NCBI RefSeq assembly: GCF_020745735.1
Contig: NC_083406.1
Location: forward strand, 45,444,255-45,508,254
Length of the DNA: 64,000 nt
Source: Hemiscyllium ocellatum
Lineage: Eukaryota
Reading direction: 5' to 3'
The notes under the pieces are model-generated. The model worked only from the letters and a program-made list of their open reading frames with translations, did not search any database and had not been told where the DNA came from. The translations under genes and the position numbers were made by a program. This document shows positions 1-12,402 of this stretch, piece by piece (positions within the stretch are counted from its first letter, which is position 1; every line of letters starts with the position of its first letter).

Positions 1-145
1 AGCAGATATAATAGCAGTATTTAACAGGCATTTAGATAGACACAGGAACAGAAAGTGGATAGACAAATGCAGGCAAATGACATTAGTTTAGAATCTCAAC
101 ATGGTCAACACAGATATGGTGGACTGAAGGACCTCTTCCTCTGCT
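1..145 (+). mobile_element. CR1 LINE 3' end remnant
   Basis: Degenerate 'tttaacaggcatttagataga...ggactgaaggacctcttcctctg' matches the CR1 3' ends seen elsewhere in the window (e.g. 56130-56280). Confidence 0.6.
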
Positions 146-689
146 TCACTTCTCCTTGCTCAAAGGCCTATCAGAGTTTGAAGGTGTGTTCTATTTTGTA
201 TTCACTAAGTAAGAATGCAGTGAGGCCCACATTTGAGTTCACAAATATGAGGTATTGAAGGAGAGTTGAAGTTTTGCTAAGCCATGTGCAAGTGGAAGGA
301 GCCCAGTAAAGCTGACATTTGAAATACTTGGAAAAGAACAGAAACAACAGGGAGAATCAAATTGAATTTGATAGCTATGGAATATATTGGTTTGGTCCTG
401 CATACCTCTATTTTGTCTGTCACTGTGTGGACCTCTGAGGTCCATGCATGGCAGCACCTTCCAGAAATAAATCAATGTGTTGCATACTGATCAATGTGCA
501 TGGTTTGGTCCTAGGAAAAGTGAATGAACATTGAAGATTCTGTAAAGTATAGGGAATACTTAGTGGAAGATAAGTTTGACATACTGTTGCAATTTTCATT
601 ACTAATTTGATTTCCAAATATAGTGTTAAACTAATAATGCTTGCTTTGTATGACTCTCATACAGTATATGATTGTTTGTTTTATATTTA

Positions 690-3480
690 TTTGTGGAATA
701 TGGGGCATTGTTAGTTAGACCAGTGTTTCCTGTATATTCCTAATCGCCCTGCAGAAGGTAGTAGTGAGGTGCTTTCTTGAATTGCTTTAGCCCTTAGTGT
801 AGGAATATCACAGTGCTGATCGGGAGCGTTCAAAGATTTTGAATATGACAGTGAAATAACAACAATAAAATTTAGAATCAGGATAATATGTGGTGTGGAG
901 GGGTATGTGCAGATACTGGTGCTTCCATGCATCTGCCGTCCTTGTCCTTCTACGTGGAAGAGAACTGGGGATTTGAAAGGAGCTACTCAAGGAGCCTTGG
1001 TGAATTACTGCAGTGCATGTTGTGTATACCATTGCCATTGTGCATCAGTGGTGAAAGGAACAAACGTTGAAGGTGGTGGGTGGGGTACCAACCAAGTGAG
1101 TTGCCTTTTCTTGATGGTGTCAATCTTAGTGAGCGTTAATGGCACTAATACACATTCAAGCAAGTGGAGAATATTGTGCTTTATGGATAGTAGACAGGCA
1201 CCGCAAAGCTAGGAGCTAAATTACTCGCCACCGAATTCCCAACTTGCTCATGAAGCCACAGTACTTATATGACCAATCCAGTTCAGTTTATGGTCAATGG
1301 TAACCTCATCATATTGATTAATGGGAAATTCAGCTATTAATATCATTGAAGATTGTAAGATTCTTTCCTTATGGAGGGAAGGTCATTGATCAAACAGCTG
1401 AACCTGGTTAAACTTGAGACACTATCCTGAGGAACTTAAGAGTTCTTGTGGCACAGTGGTATTGCCCCTGCCTCTAGAGCCAGAAGGCCTGGGGTTATCT
1501 CCAACCTGATCCAGAGATATGTCATAACATCCTTTGACAGGTTGCTTAGATTAGTGTTTATAAATTCTGTGTTGGTATTCCTTCCCTCTCTCATACAATG
1601 CCTGAGGAAGGAGCAGAGCTCTGAAAGCTTGAGTTTTCAAATAAACTTGTTGGACTGTAACCTGGCGTTATGTGATTTTGACTTTGTCCAACCCAGTCTA
1701 ACATCGGCACCTCCACAACAGAAAATATCTACCCTGAGGAACTCCTGTAGTGATGTCATAGAACAGGCATGATTGACTCCAAACAACTACAGCCATTTTC
1801 TTCTGTGGTTGGTATGATTCTAATCTAAGGAGAAATTCCATCCCTATCCCAACCAATTCTCATTGAGTCCAATTTTTCTTGGCTCCTTAATGTCATACTT
1901 AATTAAATGGTTGATTGAGTGAGTAGTCCAGGAGCCTTGGAAAAGGGCAGTCTTATCTTTCCTCTGCAGATCTTATTTTCTGTCAATCTTTGTTCAAAGG
2001 CTGAAATGAAATCAGGCACCAAATGACCCTGGCAGAACCCAAACTCAGTGTCAGTGAACTGTTTTCCTTAGTAAATGCTGCTTGATAGCATTGTTGATAA
2101 TCCTTCAGTCACTTAGTTAATGATCAAGAGATGATTGGATTCGATGTGTCCTCCTTTTTTGTGCATTGGACATACTGAGGCAATTTTCCACATTATCAGG
2201 TAGACCCCAGGTGGTTAGCTGTACTGGACTAGCTTGGCTAGGCGTGCAGCTACTTCTGAACGTAAATCTTTGTTACAATTTAAGGTATGCCTGATGCTGC
2301 TCTTGGTTGCTCTCTTTAAACCAGGGTTAATCTCCCAGCTTCAAGATAACTGTAGAGCAGTGGACATGCTGGGCCATGAGGTTACTGATTGTAGTTTATA
2401 GCAATTTTGCTGGTGTTCATGGCCCACATCACTTTGTATATACACAGTTTGAAGTTGCTCAAAGTTTTTCCCAATCAGCACAGTGGTACTACCACATAAC
2501 ATGATGAAGGGCATCTTCAATGTGAAGTCAGGACTTTCATCTATTCAAGGACTGTGCAGTGAACTTCCTATAGATATTGTTATGGACATATGCCACGAAG
2601 ATTGACGGGGTCAAGGTAAATATTTTCCTTTTGTTGGCTCCCTCATCAGTTCACAAAACTAGTCTGGCATTTGTATCTTTTAGGACGCAGCCAGTTCAGT
2701 CAATAGTGGTGAAACAGAGCTCATCCTCATGATGGACATTAAAGTGCCTGCCCATATTACATTTTCGTCCTTTGCTACTTATTGTGTTACCTCCAAATGG
2801 TGTTCAATGTAAAGATGTTCAGATTCATTTGAAAGGACTTATCAGCAGGGGTTTCCTTTCCCATTTTTGACTTGATGACATAAGAGGTTATGGGACCCAG
2901 AATCAACGTTAATGACTCCAAGGCTAATCCCTTCCTGACTGCAAACTGGTGTGCCACAACCTCTGTGTCATATTAGCGGGTTAGGACATGACCCAAGATG
3001 TTAATGGTGCTGTCTGGGATATTGTCATTCTCATGGAAACATACCTAATGAACAGTGTCAAACTATTAATTATATAGTCTCTGAGAAAGCTCTCACAAAT
3101 TTGGAACAAACCCTCAGATGTTGGTAAGGAGGGCTTTTTAATATTGACATGGCTGTGTTTGGTTTTGTCAGTTCAGGGACCTAGGTCGATGCCAGATGGT
3201 TCATGTGTTTTCATTTTTTTCTTTAGACTTTGTCGTGGTTTGATATCACTGATTAGCCTCTTAGAAGACATTTAAGGGTCAACCACGTTGATGTAAGTCT
3301 AGAGATACGTATACACTGGTTACCTGGTCACCACCATACTTTTAATTCTAGATTTTATTGCTTTCAAATGTCACCATCTGCAATACTGGGATTCACACCC
3401 ATGTCACCAAAACCTTATCTTAGGGTTTTGAATTGCTAGTCTAGTGACATTACCAGTGTATTACCGCATAACAGTTTGTG
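690..3480 (-). mobile_element. Old CR1-group (Zenon-like) LINE, heavily decayed, with tRNA-like 5' head
   Basis: 3' tail at ~690-790 is the same as the tails at 34915 and 40760. Body is homologous to the 58050-58870 copy that translates to RT-type motifs. 5' end (3270-3480) matches the SINE head at 21030-21300. Confidence 0.6.
1437..1728 (+). mobile_element. Composite short insertion: tRNA-like SINE head plus Penelope terminal-repeat fragment
   Basis: Flanked by 15-bp TSD cta(t/c)cctgaggaact (1422-1436, 1729-1743). Begins with an A-box-like 'tggcacagtgg' and ends with the 'cctgaggaaggagcagagctctgaaagc...ggcacctccaca' repeat. Confidence 0.6.
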
Positions 3481-3662
3481 CCATAGTTCATTCAGTTGCT
3501 AACTGGAGTTTGAACTTACTTTTGATAGTTGTTGATCTTCATTTGGGTCATAACAAACTTTGTGGGTTGATGAACCAACACATTTCCTCTGTACTTTTAA
3601 ATATTCAATCTAAAACCCAAAGAGTTTGGGAAAAGTCAAGTTCACAACTTTTTTTAAACATA

Positions 3663-3860
3663 TAAAACAAAGGACTGTGGATGCTGGAGATCTGAAACAA
3701 AATCAGAAATTGCTGGTGAAACTCAGCAGATATGGCAACATCTGTGGGAAGAAAGCAGAGTTAATATTTTGAGTCCAGTTCTGATGAAAAGTCATTGGAC
3801 TTGAAGTGTTATTTCTGCTTTCTTCCTACAAATGCTGCTAGACCTGCTGAGTGTTTTATT
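3663..3860. mobile_element. Fold-back Penelope-type terminal fragment (old)
   Basis: Imperfect inverted arms (ctcagcaga...gaaagcaga / tctgctttc...cctgctgag) around a degenerate hammerhead core 'ctgatgaaaagtcattggacttgaa' at 3781. Confidence 0.55.
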
Positions 3861-4399
3861 TTCAAGAGTTTACTGTAACATTGATAATCTTTTAAACATC
3901 AGAACCTGCTTGCCTTATGTTAAATCAGTACTCAAAAATGTAGTTGATCATTGATGATGAACAGCAATCAATACATTGCTCCCCTTATAACCAATCTGTA
4001 ACATATTCACAAACTCTGATCCTATAACTTCCAAGCTGCTCTCGCACTGTTGAGACTTGAATAGCTTTTTTCTGAAAATTGTTCCTGCTGGCTCTTTAGC
4101 TTAGTTGTCTCATTTTAATTCATGCAGACTCCTTTTAAACCTTATTTTTGAAGAAGCTATATACTGTGTAGTGCTAGCGCTGCTGTTTTACTGTTGTCTG
4201 TTTCAGCTGTCACTGCTATCTACTATTGCTACCATCTGCTACCAGCACTCTTCCTGCTAAACATGCATTTCTTAAAACTATGAAAAAATTACACTTGTGA
4301 CAACAATTGCAGCAGACTCTCCCCAGATCTTTCTTTCATATTGTAACAATCTCATGTCAGTTCATGAATAGTCCATTAGTTATGTAGAGTTTTTTTGAT

Positions 4400-5200
4400 G
4401 AGGAGGTTCCTGGTTATGATATAAGTTAGATTTTGTTCATATCAAGGAAAATGATGGCATATTCAAATACAGAAACTCCAATCTGTAGATATTATTTACA
4501 GTACTGAAATCTGTAGGTGCATACTCATTGTGTGGTCAGATGTTGTCCATTTATTAACTCAGATATTGAAAATGTCACATATTATGTCTATTTAGTTTAA
4601 GGTCTATAGGCTGCTGGAAGGCAAAATGTGACCAATTTTTGAAGGAAAATCCATTGCAAATAGTCTTCTTTTGTCTTACGTCTTTTGGTGTACAGGGGCT
4701 TTTAGATATTGGTTCTTGTTAAGTTAAATGCTTTCTTGATAAAGGACCTGCTATCCTCTATCAGAATGACAGCAAATGCATACTCTCAATGCCTATGCGG
4801 TTGTCTCCCAGACACGGAATCCTGATTGCGGCTACCATTTCAACGTGCTTCTGTACAAACCCAGGCACTCAAGCTATTGGAGGTCAATCCTGCAAGACGG
4901 TCTGCCCAAGTGAATATTAGCAACCATCCACCAGTGTTGGAGTAGCATTGGGTAGGATCAATGAAACAGGAAAAGATAACCTGACCACAGGCACCAGAAG
5001 AATGCACAAAGGTTAATTTTCCTTTTGATGCATTGTTTGATAAAGTAGTGACAGAAAGACATTTGTTGCCAACTTATGTTGCAGGAAATTCATCAAGAGG
5101 ATGCTATCGTCATTGCAGATGGATGGAAAGATCATGAATTGTGGAGCTATGATGGTTAAAACATAATCTTCAAAAGGATTTGGACTATAAGTAGGCACTC
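4400..5200 (-). pseudogene. Decayed Ulp1/SENP (peptidase C48)-like protease domain, probably part of a KDZ/Zisupton-like transposon
   Basis: Minus-strand translation across frameshifts: CNDDSILL (~5094-5117), LILP..QHWWMVANIHLG..CRIDL.NSL (4870-4960) and STD[C]GVSVFEYAIIF (4447-4489, requires restoring a 2-nt deletion). This is the order of the ND, HW, DS and DCG motifs of C48 peptidases. Confidence 0.5.
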
Positions 5201-5214
5201 ATCCACCAATCCAA

Positions 5215-5580
5215 AGATTGATTCTCTTCACACTGATACATAGTGTGAGCAGTGTGTACAATATATAGATTGACTGATATAAAGCACCCAGAGTTACTTT
5301 AATGGCCCTTTCCAAATTCGTGCCGTCTACCACCTAAAAGGATAAGGACAGCAGGTGTATGGGGACTCTACTACCTAAAAATTGCTTATATACCATCCTT
5401 TATTGCCATTTCCTTTACTTATTGAATCATTTGCCTCAAGCTACTTTTCTAACTGCATTGTGGGTTTACCTACACCACATAAACTTCACCAGTTCAAAGT
5501 ATCTCAGCACCTTTTCAGGGGCAGTTATGAATGGGTCTTATTAAAAATGCCAACATTCTATGAAAGAATTTCAAAAATTC
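5215..5580 (+). mobile_element. CR1-group (Zenon-like) LINE 3' end
   Basis: 'gcagtgtgtacaatatatagat...cacctaaaaggataaggacagcagg...gcattgtgggtttacctacacc' is the reverse complement of the tail family at 690-1050. Confidence 0.6.
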
Positions 5581-6199
5581 AGATGAAAGAATACAACACA
5601 TTTTAAATAGTCAGTAGAATAAGGATGTACCTCATGTGGTTACAAGCATTCGCCTTACGCCCCAGAGAAATGTAGGACCACTTTTAACCCCTCGATTTTC
5701 CATCTCCAAGATTCCTGCAATAAACAACTAGTGTAATAGAGAAGTGAAATGAACAAAGAACAGACATTAAAGAATTTCTCTCAGTGATTTCAGCATTGAG
5801 AAATAAAAAGGCCATTCAATCATTCCTGTATATGATATGAAATAAGGAGGTGTTTCTTCTCATTGATTTTAGTTTTCATTCTCTTGGTTGTGTATGTTAT
5901 CCATGACTTGTAGCTTTTTGGGGGTATTCAGAAGCCTGATGAGAGGAGAGGCTCAAATAGTAGCCTGTTGTTGTTGTCTGAGGAAGGGGAGGATTTGCTT
6001 AGGAGAATCCATCCTCATTCTTTGTCAACTTACAACTCTGGCAGCACTTTTTGACTTGGGTCTTCCTCATCATCTCTTTCTTCCTTATCCCTATTTTTAG
6101 CTTCCTCCTCATTCTCCACTTGTTTCTTGATAGAAAGCTGTAAGAGTTGAATTCTGAATCGCATAGCTGTGTAGCAGGCAGCAAACCACTAGAAATTGG

Positions 6200-6770
6200 G
6201 AGAGTCAATCTGGGTGATAACAATCACATGCTAGCTGTCCTTGAAATTCCATTGTAATGTAATGGCAGAGGAGTAATAATCTCCTCACATGGAAAGCGCT
6301 GTTCCTGTTGAGTGTAGGTCCTGTACTATTGGGTCACAAAGAAGATCTTGGGCAATATTGGTGACAGCACTGATGTTGTGCTATTTATCCTTTTCAGGCA
6401 AAACCTGTCAAGCGCAAACCCCCAAAAAGCTTCTGCAATGTGTGTTCTGAATAGGACAGTTCATGTTGTTTTTTCTCTGCTGGGGCATATGATGGTGTGG
6501 TACGTTCAATAAAACTGTAAACAACTGATGAAGCATAGATTTCAGTATACCATTGACTATCTGCATTACGGTCAGTTGCCAAGCAGTTTTGTATAGCTGC
6601 TCTTTGCCCACAAAGGGGAGAGATATTTTGCTAAAGAGTAGGTAAGTGCACAGTTTCCTGTCAAAATAGTGCTTGCACTGAATCCCCAGCCTGGGCATAC
6701 TAGTTTCCAAATAGTGTTTACTTTGGTCTCGGTCTTTTATCTGACTCTTTTTAAGGGACATTGTCCCCAG
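6200..6770 (-). pseudogene. Decayed KDZ-type transposase catalytic region
   Basis: Minus-strand motifs in order: IWKLVCPGWG, SSVVYSFIER, FALDRF (6401-6418), HQCCHQYCP (6349-6375), TQQEQRF (6293-6313), HYITMEF. These resemble the CPHG / DxFH..H..C / NSQ..EQ / YM...F pattern of KDZ transposases. Many stops and frameshifts. Confidence 0.5.
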
Positions 6771-6779
6771 ATTGATTCA

Positions 6780-7095
6780 GGCACTTGAAACTTTGCTTGA
6801 GATTCTGCAGCAACTTGGTAGAAGGGTAAGGCATTTCTTTATCTTTGTGAAAAGGACATCTGTCACCTGCTTGATGGCCCTATGTACAGTATACTGACTG
6901 ATATTACTGATATAATTTGTTGCAACCTGGAATAAAACTATGGCATACAAGTTTACTTTAAGGTTCATATTATAGGTGGCATTTTGTGTTTTCTGGTGTT
7001 TGACTCTATGCAGCTGACATGGGTTAGTGACTGTCAACCTGCTGAAGTACAGTATCCTAATACAGTCCTTTGTCATGTTGAGGGTAAAATCCCAT
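6780..7095 (-). mobile_element. PIF/Harbinger transposase fragment (HARBI1-like N-terminal region)
   Basis: ORF 6777-7310 segment MTKDCIRILYFSRLTV...KVNLYAIVLFQ...ISQYTVHRAIKQVTDVLF matches the Harbinger helix-turn-helix 'ISQxxVHRxIxxVTDAL' region. Confidence 0.7.
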
Positions 7096-7462
7096 TGCAA
7101 GTCATCCACATATTTACTTTTGCCTCTTTTCCATCTCTTTGAACATGGATAGGTCTGTGCTACTGCACTTTCTGCTGCTACTGTTAATGCTGTTGTGTTA
7201 ATCAATTGTAAACACAACATTATTTGCGTCTTTTGCAGCATTTCTGAATTAGTGAATTTGACAATTCTCAAACAGATATTTAGCACTAATGACTGTCCAA
7301 ACTCTACCAATAGGTGGATCGACTGCTTCCAATAAATAATTATCCATAAACTGATGGTAATGGAATTGGGAACACTTGAAATATCACTTCTTCATCTTTC
7401 TTTCTATTGTGACTATCCCAATTTTAACACTTGTAAAGCATATTCACTTCTTCATACCTGCC

Positions 7463-7577
7463 GTAGGAGCATTGCTCTGGAAACTTCTGATTTCAAATAA
7501 ACCTATTGGACTATAACCTGGTGTCCTGTGACTTCTGACTTTGTTGGTCCCAATCCAACACAGGCACCTTCACATCA
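7463..7577 (+). mobile_element. Penelope terminal-repeat fragment
   Basis: 'ggagcattgctctggaaac...aaataaacctattggactataacctggtg...tccaacacaggcacc' is the same repeat as 13060-13141. Confidence 0.7.
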
Positions 7578-8404
7578 TCATTATCTGAAGAAGAAAGTTT
7601 ACAAGAAGAACAAAAAAGTATTTATACTTTCAACACTGATTAAGGTCCCCAAGAAGAGAAGATAGTACACCACTTTGGATCATAATTTGGTCTTCACATC
7701 CAATTTACACTTTTAAAGTTTATCACTGGTGCAAAGCCAGAACAAACTTGCACAAATGCTTGCCTTATAATGCAAATACAGCCAAAAAGAGCAGACTCTG
7801 GAGCAGAAATTAAGTTGAAGAAACAAGGCATGGATCTACATAAGAAGTTTTGCCCAAAATGCATAATAGTTCTGTATTTACAAATCACACTAGTTGAGCT
7901 TCAATCTTGACTCTATTTTCTGGAATTTGGATGTAATTCACTTTTTTTTTCAGTAAATACTCCCATTAGTGTACTTTCTGTTTGGTGTTTATTGTTCAAC
8001 TTTCACTTACACAGTGTGTCTATTTGTTTTGCTGATACATTATGCTCATGCCTTGCCTAGCCTGATTGCAGGCCTAACAGCTGCCCATAAATTGTAAAAT
8101 ATGAAGGCCTTGCATTACTGCCAAAGAATTTTCCCAGTTGTTGTATTAGACTTTTTGTGCTTAATGCAAAATTCCCTACATCTGTTTTAATACTGTAACT
8201 TGTTGTGCTGGAAGATAAGCCATCTCTGTATTAATGCCATATATCCTTCTATTCACAAACAAAACTCACGATTGCATTCCAATTTGAAGTCGAGCTACTC
8301 ATGCAAAAAATATAGAATCTCACCAAAAGATGCAAGGTTTTGGAATCAATTTGAGAAGCAATCTATAATTAAAATTATTTAAAACAGATAGAATTCTTAT
8401 TTTA

Positions 8405-8600
8405 TTCAGAGGTGGGCATCACATCATTAATCACCCTCTCATTACAAATGCACAGCTCTTGACAATAGCACTGCCTCTAACTGAGTCAGGCATTTAGGAT
8501 TCAATATCCCGACATTTATCAGGTCTCCCTGATTGGACCAGATTCTTTATGCCAATCAGGGAACCCATATTCCAGCTGGCTGACCTTGTTACAATCAATA
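8405..8600 (-). mobile_element. Solo LTR fragment related to the Gypsy LTR at 26162-26401
   Basis: 'ccctgattggaccagatt...ccaatcagggaacccatattc...gctggctgaccttgttacaatc' is the reverse complement of the LTR start at 26162. Confidence 0.55.
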
Positions 8601-11553
8601 ATTTTTTTTCATTACTTTATTTTATTCTTTGAAATGTGTGTATTGCTGGCAAGGTCAGCATTTTTGTCGTTTCATAATTGCCCTTCAAGTGAGAGATTTC
8701 ACTCAGTCAGGAGAGCTCCTGTCTTGCTGACTAATCAGAGGCCAGCTGCTCCATTGAATGATAGTGCCAGTGGGGAGGTTGGCTGCTATTGGAGCATCAA
8801 CTACCAGAGCCTCAGAATTGAGGAGGTACCCAGGCCATAGGTGGGGAAGAAATAGCACAGTGGGTGTCACAGTCTGAAGGGTATAAGAGGTTTGGCAGTC
8901 ACGACTGACAGTTAGGTTCCATTTCTGATGTCAGGCAGGAGTGTCTTTAGCTGAGGGATCCACTCAACCCACAGGGAGACACAAAAAGGTTTTACTTGTG
9001 AGACACAATGTATATCAATAGGCTCAGCTGTAACTGGATTAATTTCAGCAATGAGGGGATGAAACTGTGAAATGGTCATTATAGTGTGAGTTTACCTTCA
9101 AAGGGGTATTTTATCTGATGGGATAATGCTTATGCTATCTTCCATAGAACACAGAACATAGAACAGTACAGCACAGCATAGGCCATTTGCCTACAATGTT
9201 GTACTGAGCATTTATCTTAATCTAACATCAACCTAACCTACACACCCCTCAATTTACAGCCATCCATGTGCTTGTCCAGCAGTCGTTGAAATGTCTCTAA
9301 TGTCTCTGACTCTACGACCACTGCTGGCAGTGCATTCCACGCATCCACTACACTCTGTGTAAAGAATCCACCTCTGACATCTCCCCTAAACCTTCCTCCA
9401 ATCACCTTAAAATTATGAACCCTCTTGACAGCCATTTCTGCTCTGGGGACAGGTCTCTGGCTATCTAGTCTATGTATACCCCTCATTACCTTGTACACCT
9501 CTATCAAGTCACCTCTCTTCCTTCTTCACTTCAGTATGGAAAACCCTAGCTCACTCAACGTCTCTTCTTAAGAGAAGCCCTCCAATACAGGCAGCATCCT
9601 GGTAAATCTCCTCTGCACCCTCTCTAAAGCATCCACATCTTTCCTATAATGATACAATATTCCAAGTGTGGTCTAACTAGGGTTTTATAGAGCTGCAGCA
9701 AAACCTCACAGCTCTTAAACTTAGTTCCCCTGTTAATGAAAGCCAAAACACCATATGCCTTTTTAAAAATATTTTTATTTTATTTTACAGAATAATAGAA
9801 ATAATACAACATTATTATATTACAATAATGTCAGTAGTAAACTATCTACTACTACTTTACAGGATACAATCGTCTCATACTTAACGCAAATTAAATTAAG
9901 TGAAATTGAATTAAATTACAATTAAATGAAATTAAATGACAATTCATTATGTTACTCCACTCGCTGCACCTGCACCGAAGCTTCCACCCACAGAAGCAAC
10001 AGTTATTATGCCCGTATTTACTAAGCCTCCTTCTTCCAGGGCCCTTAGACTGCCAAATCCGGCCTCCAAGGCAATTCTAAGGCTCTAATCAGAATCACCG
10101 ACAAATCCATGTGTATGTAATTTAAAAAGGGCTGCCACATCTTATGAAATTGCTCGCTTCTGTGGTGCACCATAGAGGGGAAGTGCTCCATCACGATTCT
10201 GCGCTGCCCCGTAAGACCTGGGGTTTTTTCGCATGTCCAGTTCAGTAGAAAGTTCTACCTTGCACAGTGTGTAAGAATTTTAAATAACCTCTTCCCGTAC
10301 TCACCAGAGGGGGTAGATTCGGCAGTCCCAAAAGAAGGAATATCAGGTCCACCTTAACTTCAATTCCCAGGATCTTCTCCAGCTCATTCACTCTGTCACC
10401 CAGTATCCACGAATCTTGTAACATGATCAGAAGCAATGTGTAAGGATGCCTGTACTAACTTTACATTTAGGACATCCTAGAGAACATCCTTTCATAAACT
10501 TAGCTAACCTCTGGTGCTATTTGGGCCCTGTGAAGTATCCTTAATTGCAAAACTTGTGCTTTATTGCAAAACTTGTGCTTTATTGCATATTGAGATTTCT
10601 TCACATTCTCTCACATATCTTCTTATTTTTCCAATGAAGTTTTCTTTTCTAGTTCCTGATTCCATAGAGTCTCTCCATAACTCCCAAGGTGCTCCCTCTC
10701 TGTAAGTGGTATAGGGTATTGGCCAAGAGAGTGCCCACCCATCTTCTCTTCTCTTTATGTCCAACTTGTAGGACTGAGCCAAGAGCGTGGTCCTCTTCTT
10801 TATGTAAACCCTAACCTGAAAGTATCAGAAGAGGTCCCTACTAGGTAGCTCAAATTTCTGACTTGATTGGTTAAAAGATATCAAGACCTCTCCCTCAAAT
10901 AAGTCTCCCAAAAGGAGATGCCCTTATCCTCTCATGCTTTGAAGCCAGAGTCCATTGACTCTGACCTAAATCCTGGGTCTCCCACTAGGGGGCTGATCAG
11001 CAAGGTCTTAAGCAAATTGCCCCCACCCTGCCGCATTATTGTCCATGCTTTCACCCTCTTTAAGATAATTGGATTCTCACAAAGCTCAGCTACGGATTTC
11101 ATCTCATCCATTAACAGTGAATTAACGAGGGGACAACTTGCCTCCGAGGCCTCAATATCAAGCCATATCAACCTTGAGTCCTTACCACCCAATCGCCCAT
11201 TTGTGACAACAGGGAACCTATTTGGTATCTCTTTAGATCTGGTAGATCCACCCCCACTATTCTCTGCGGGCGTTGCAGTTTAGTAAATTTAATTAGGGTG
11301 CGCCTACGGCACCAAATAAAGGATCCAAGCCAGCCACTAAACCTGCACAGCACCTGTCTGGGTAGCAACAATGGGAGCATCCGCGTAGGGTATAATAGCT
11401 GAGGAAGAACATTCCTTTTAACCAAGGCTATTCGGCCTAACCATGATATTGGTAGCCCTTCCTACCACTGCAGGTCCTGTTTTAACTTATCAAACAATTG
11501 CGCAAAGTTAGTTCAATACAACTGATGGAAGATAGAGGTAATAACAATTCCCA

Positions 11554-12360
11554 TGATTTGGAGATATCGGTGTTGGACCAGGGTGTACAAAGTTAAAAAT
11601 CACACAACACTAGGTTATAATCCAACAGGTTTAATTGGAAGCACTAGCTTTTGGAGTGCTGATCCTTCATGAGGTGTTTCGGTGTTATAAGATCGTAAGA
11701 CACAGAATTTATAGCAGAAGTTTACAGTGTGATCTACTCTTTGCTGTCCAGCACCTCCCAGGAGCCAAAAAACTACTCCATGTTCTTTGCAACCTTCAAC
11801 ACATTATCAATAACGATGAGCACCTCGCCCAGACCTTCCCCACGCTTCCACTTCTCGCCTTTAAACAACCACCAAACCTCAATAAGATCATTGTCTGTAG
11901 TAAACTGTCTGGCTTTCATGGTAGATGCTGCAAGGCATGTCAGAATGTCGACATGGATACCACCATTACGCGTGGAGACACCTCCCACCATATATGTGGC
12001 AGGTACTCATGTAACTCAGCCAACATTGTCTATCTCATACGCTACAGGCAAGGTTGCTCTGAGGCATGATACATTGGCGACAACAAGCAGAGGCTATGGC
12101 AACAAATGAATGGACACTGCACAACAATTAACAGACAGAAGTGTTACCTCCCAGTCGGAGAACACTTCAGCGGTCCAGGACATTTGACCTCGGACCTTCG
12201 GGTGACCATCCTCCAAGGCAGACTTCGGGACAGGCAACACCGAAAAGTGCCTGAGCAGAGGCTGATAGCCATGTTCGATACCCATGGGGATGGCCTCAGC
12301 TGGGACCTTGGGTTCATGTCACATTACAGGTGACCCCGCTGCACTACATAAACACACACA

Positions 12361-12402
<42 letters not shown>

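Noticed and set aside
4400-5200. Functional SENP gene exons
   Set aside because: Stops and frameshifts run through the catalytic motifs and no clean exon structure is visible; treated as a relic.
6777-7310. Host HARBI1 gene exon
   Set aside because: Only a decayed internal fragment lacking intact catalytic motifs, fused by chance to unrelated upstream sequence.
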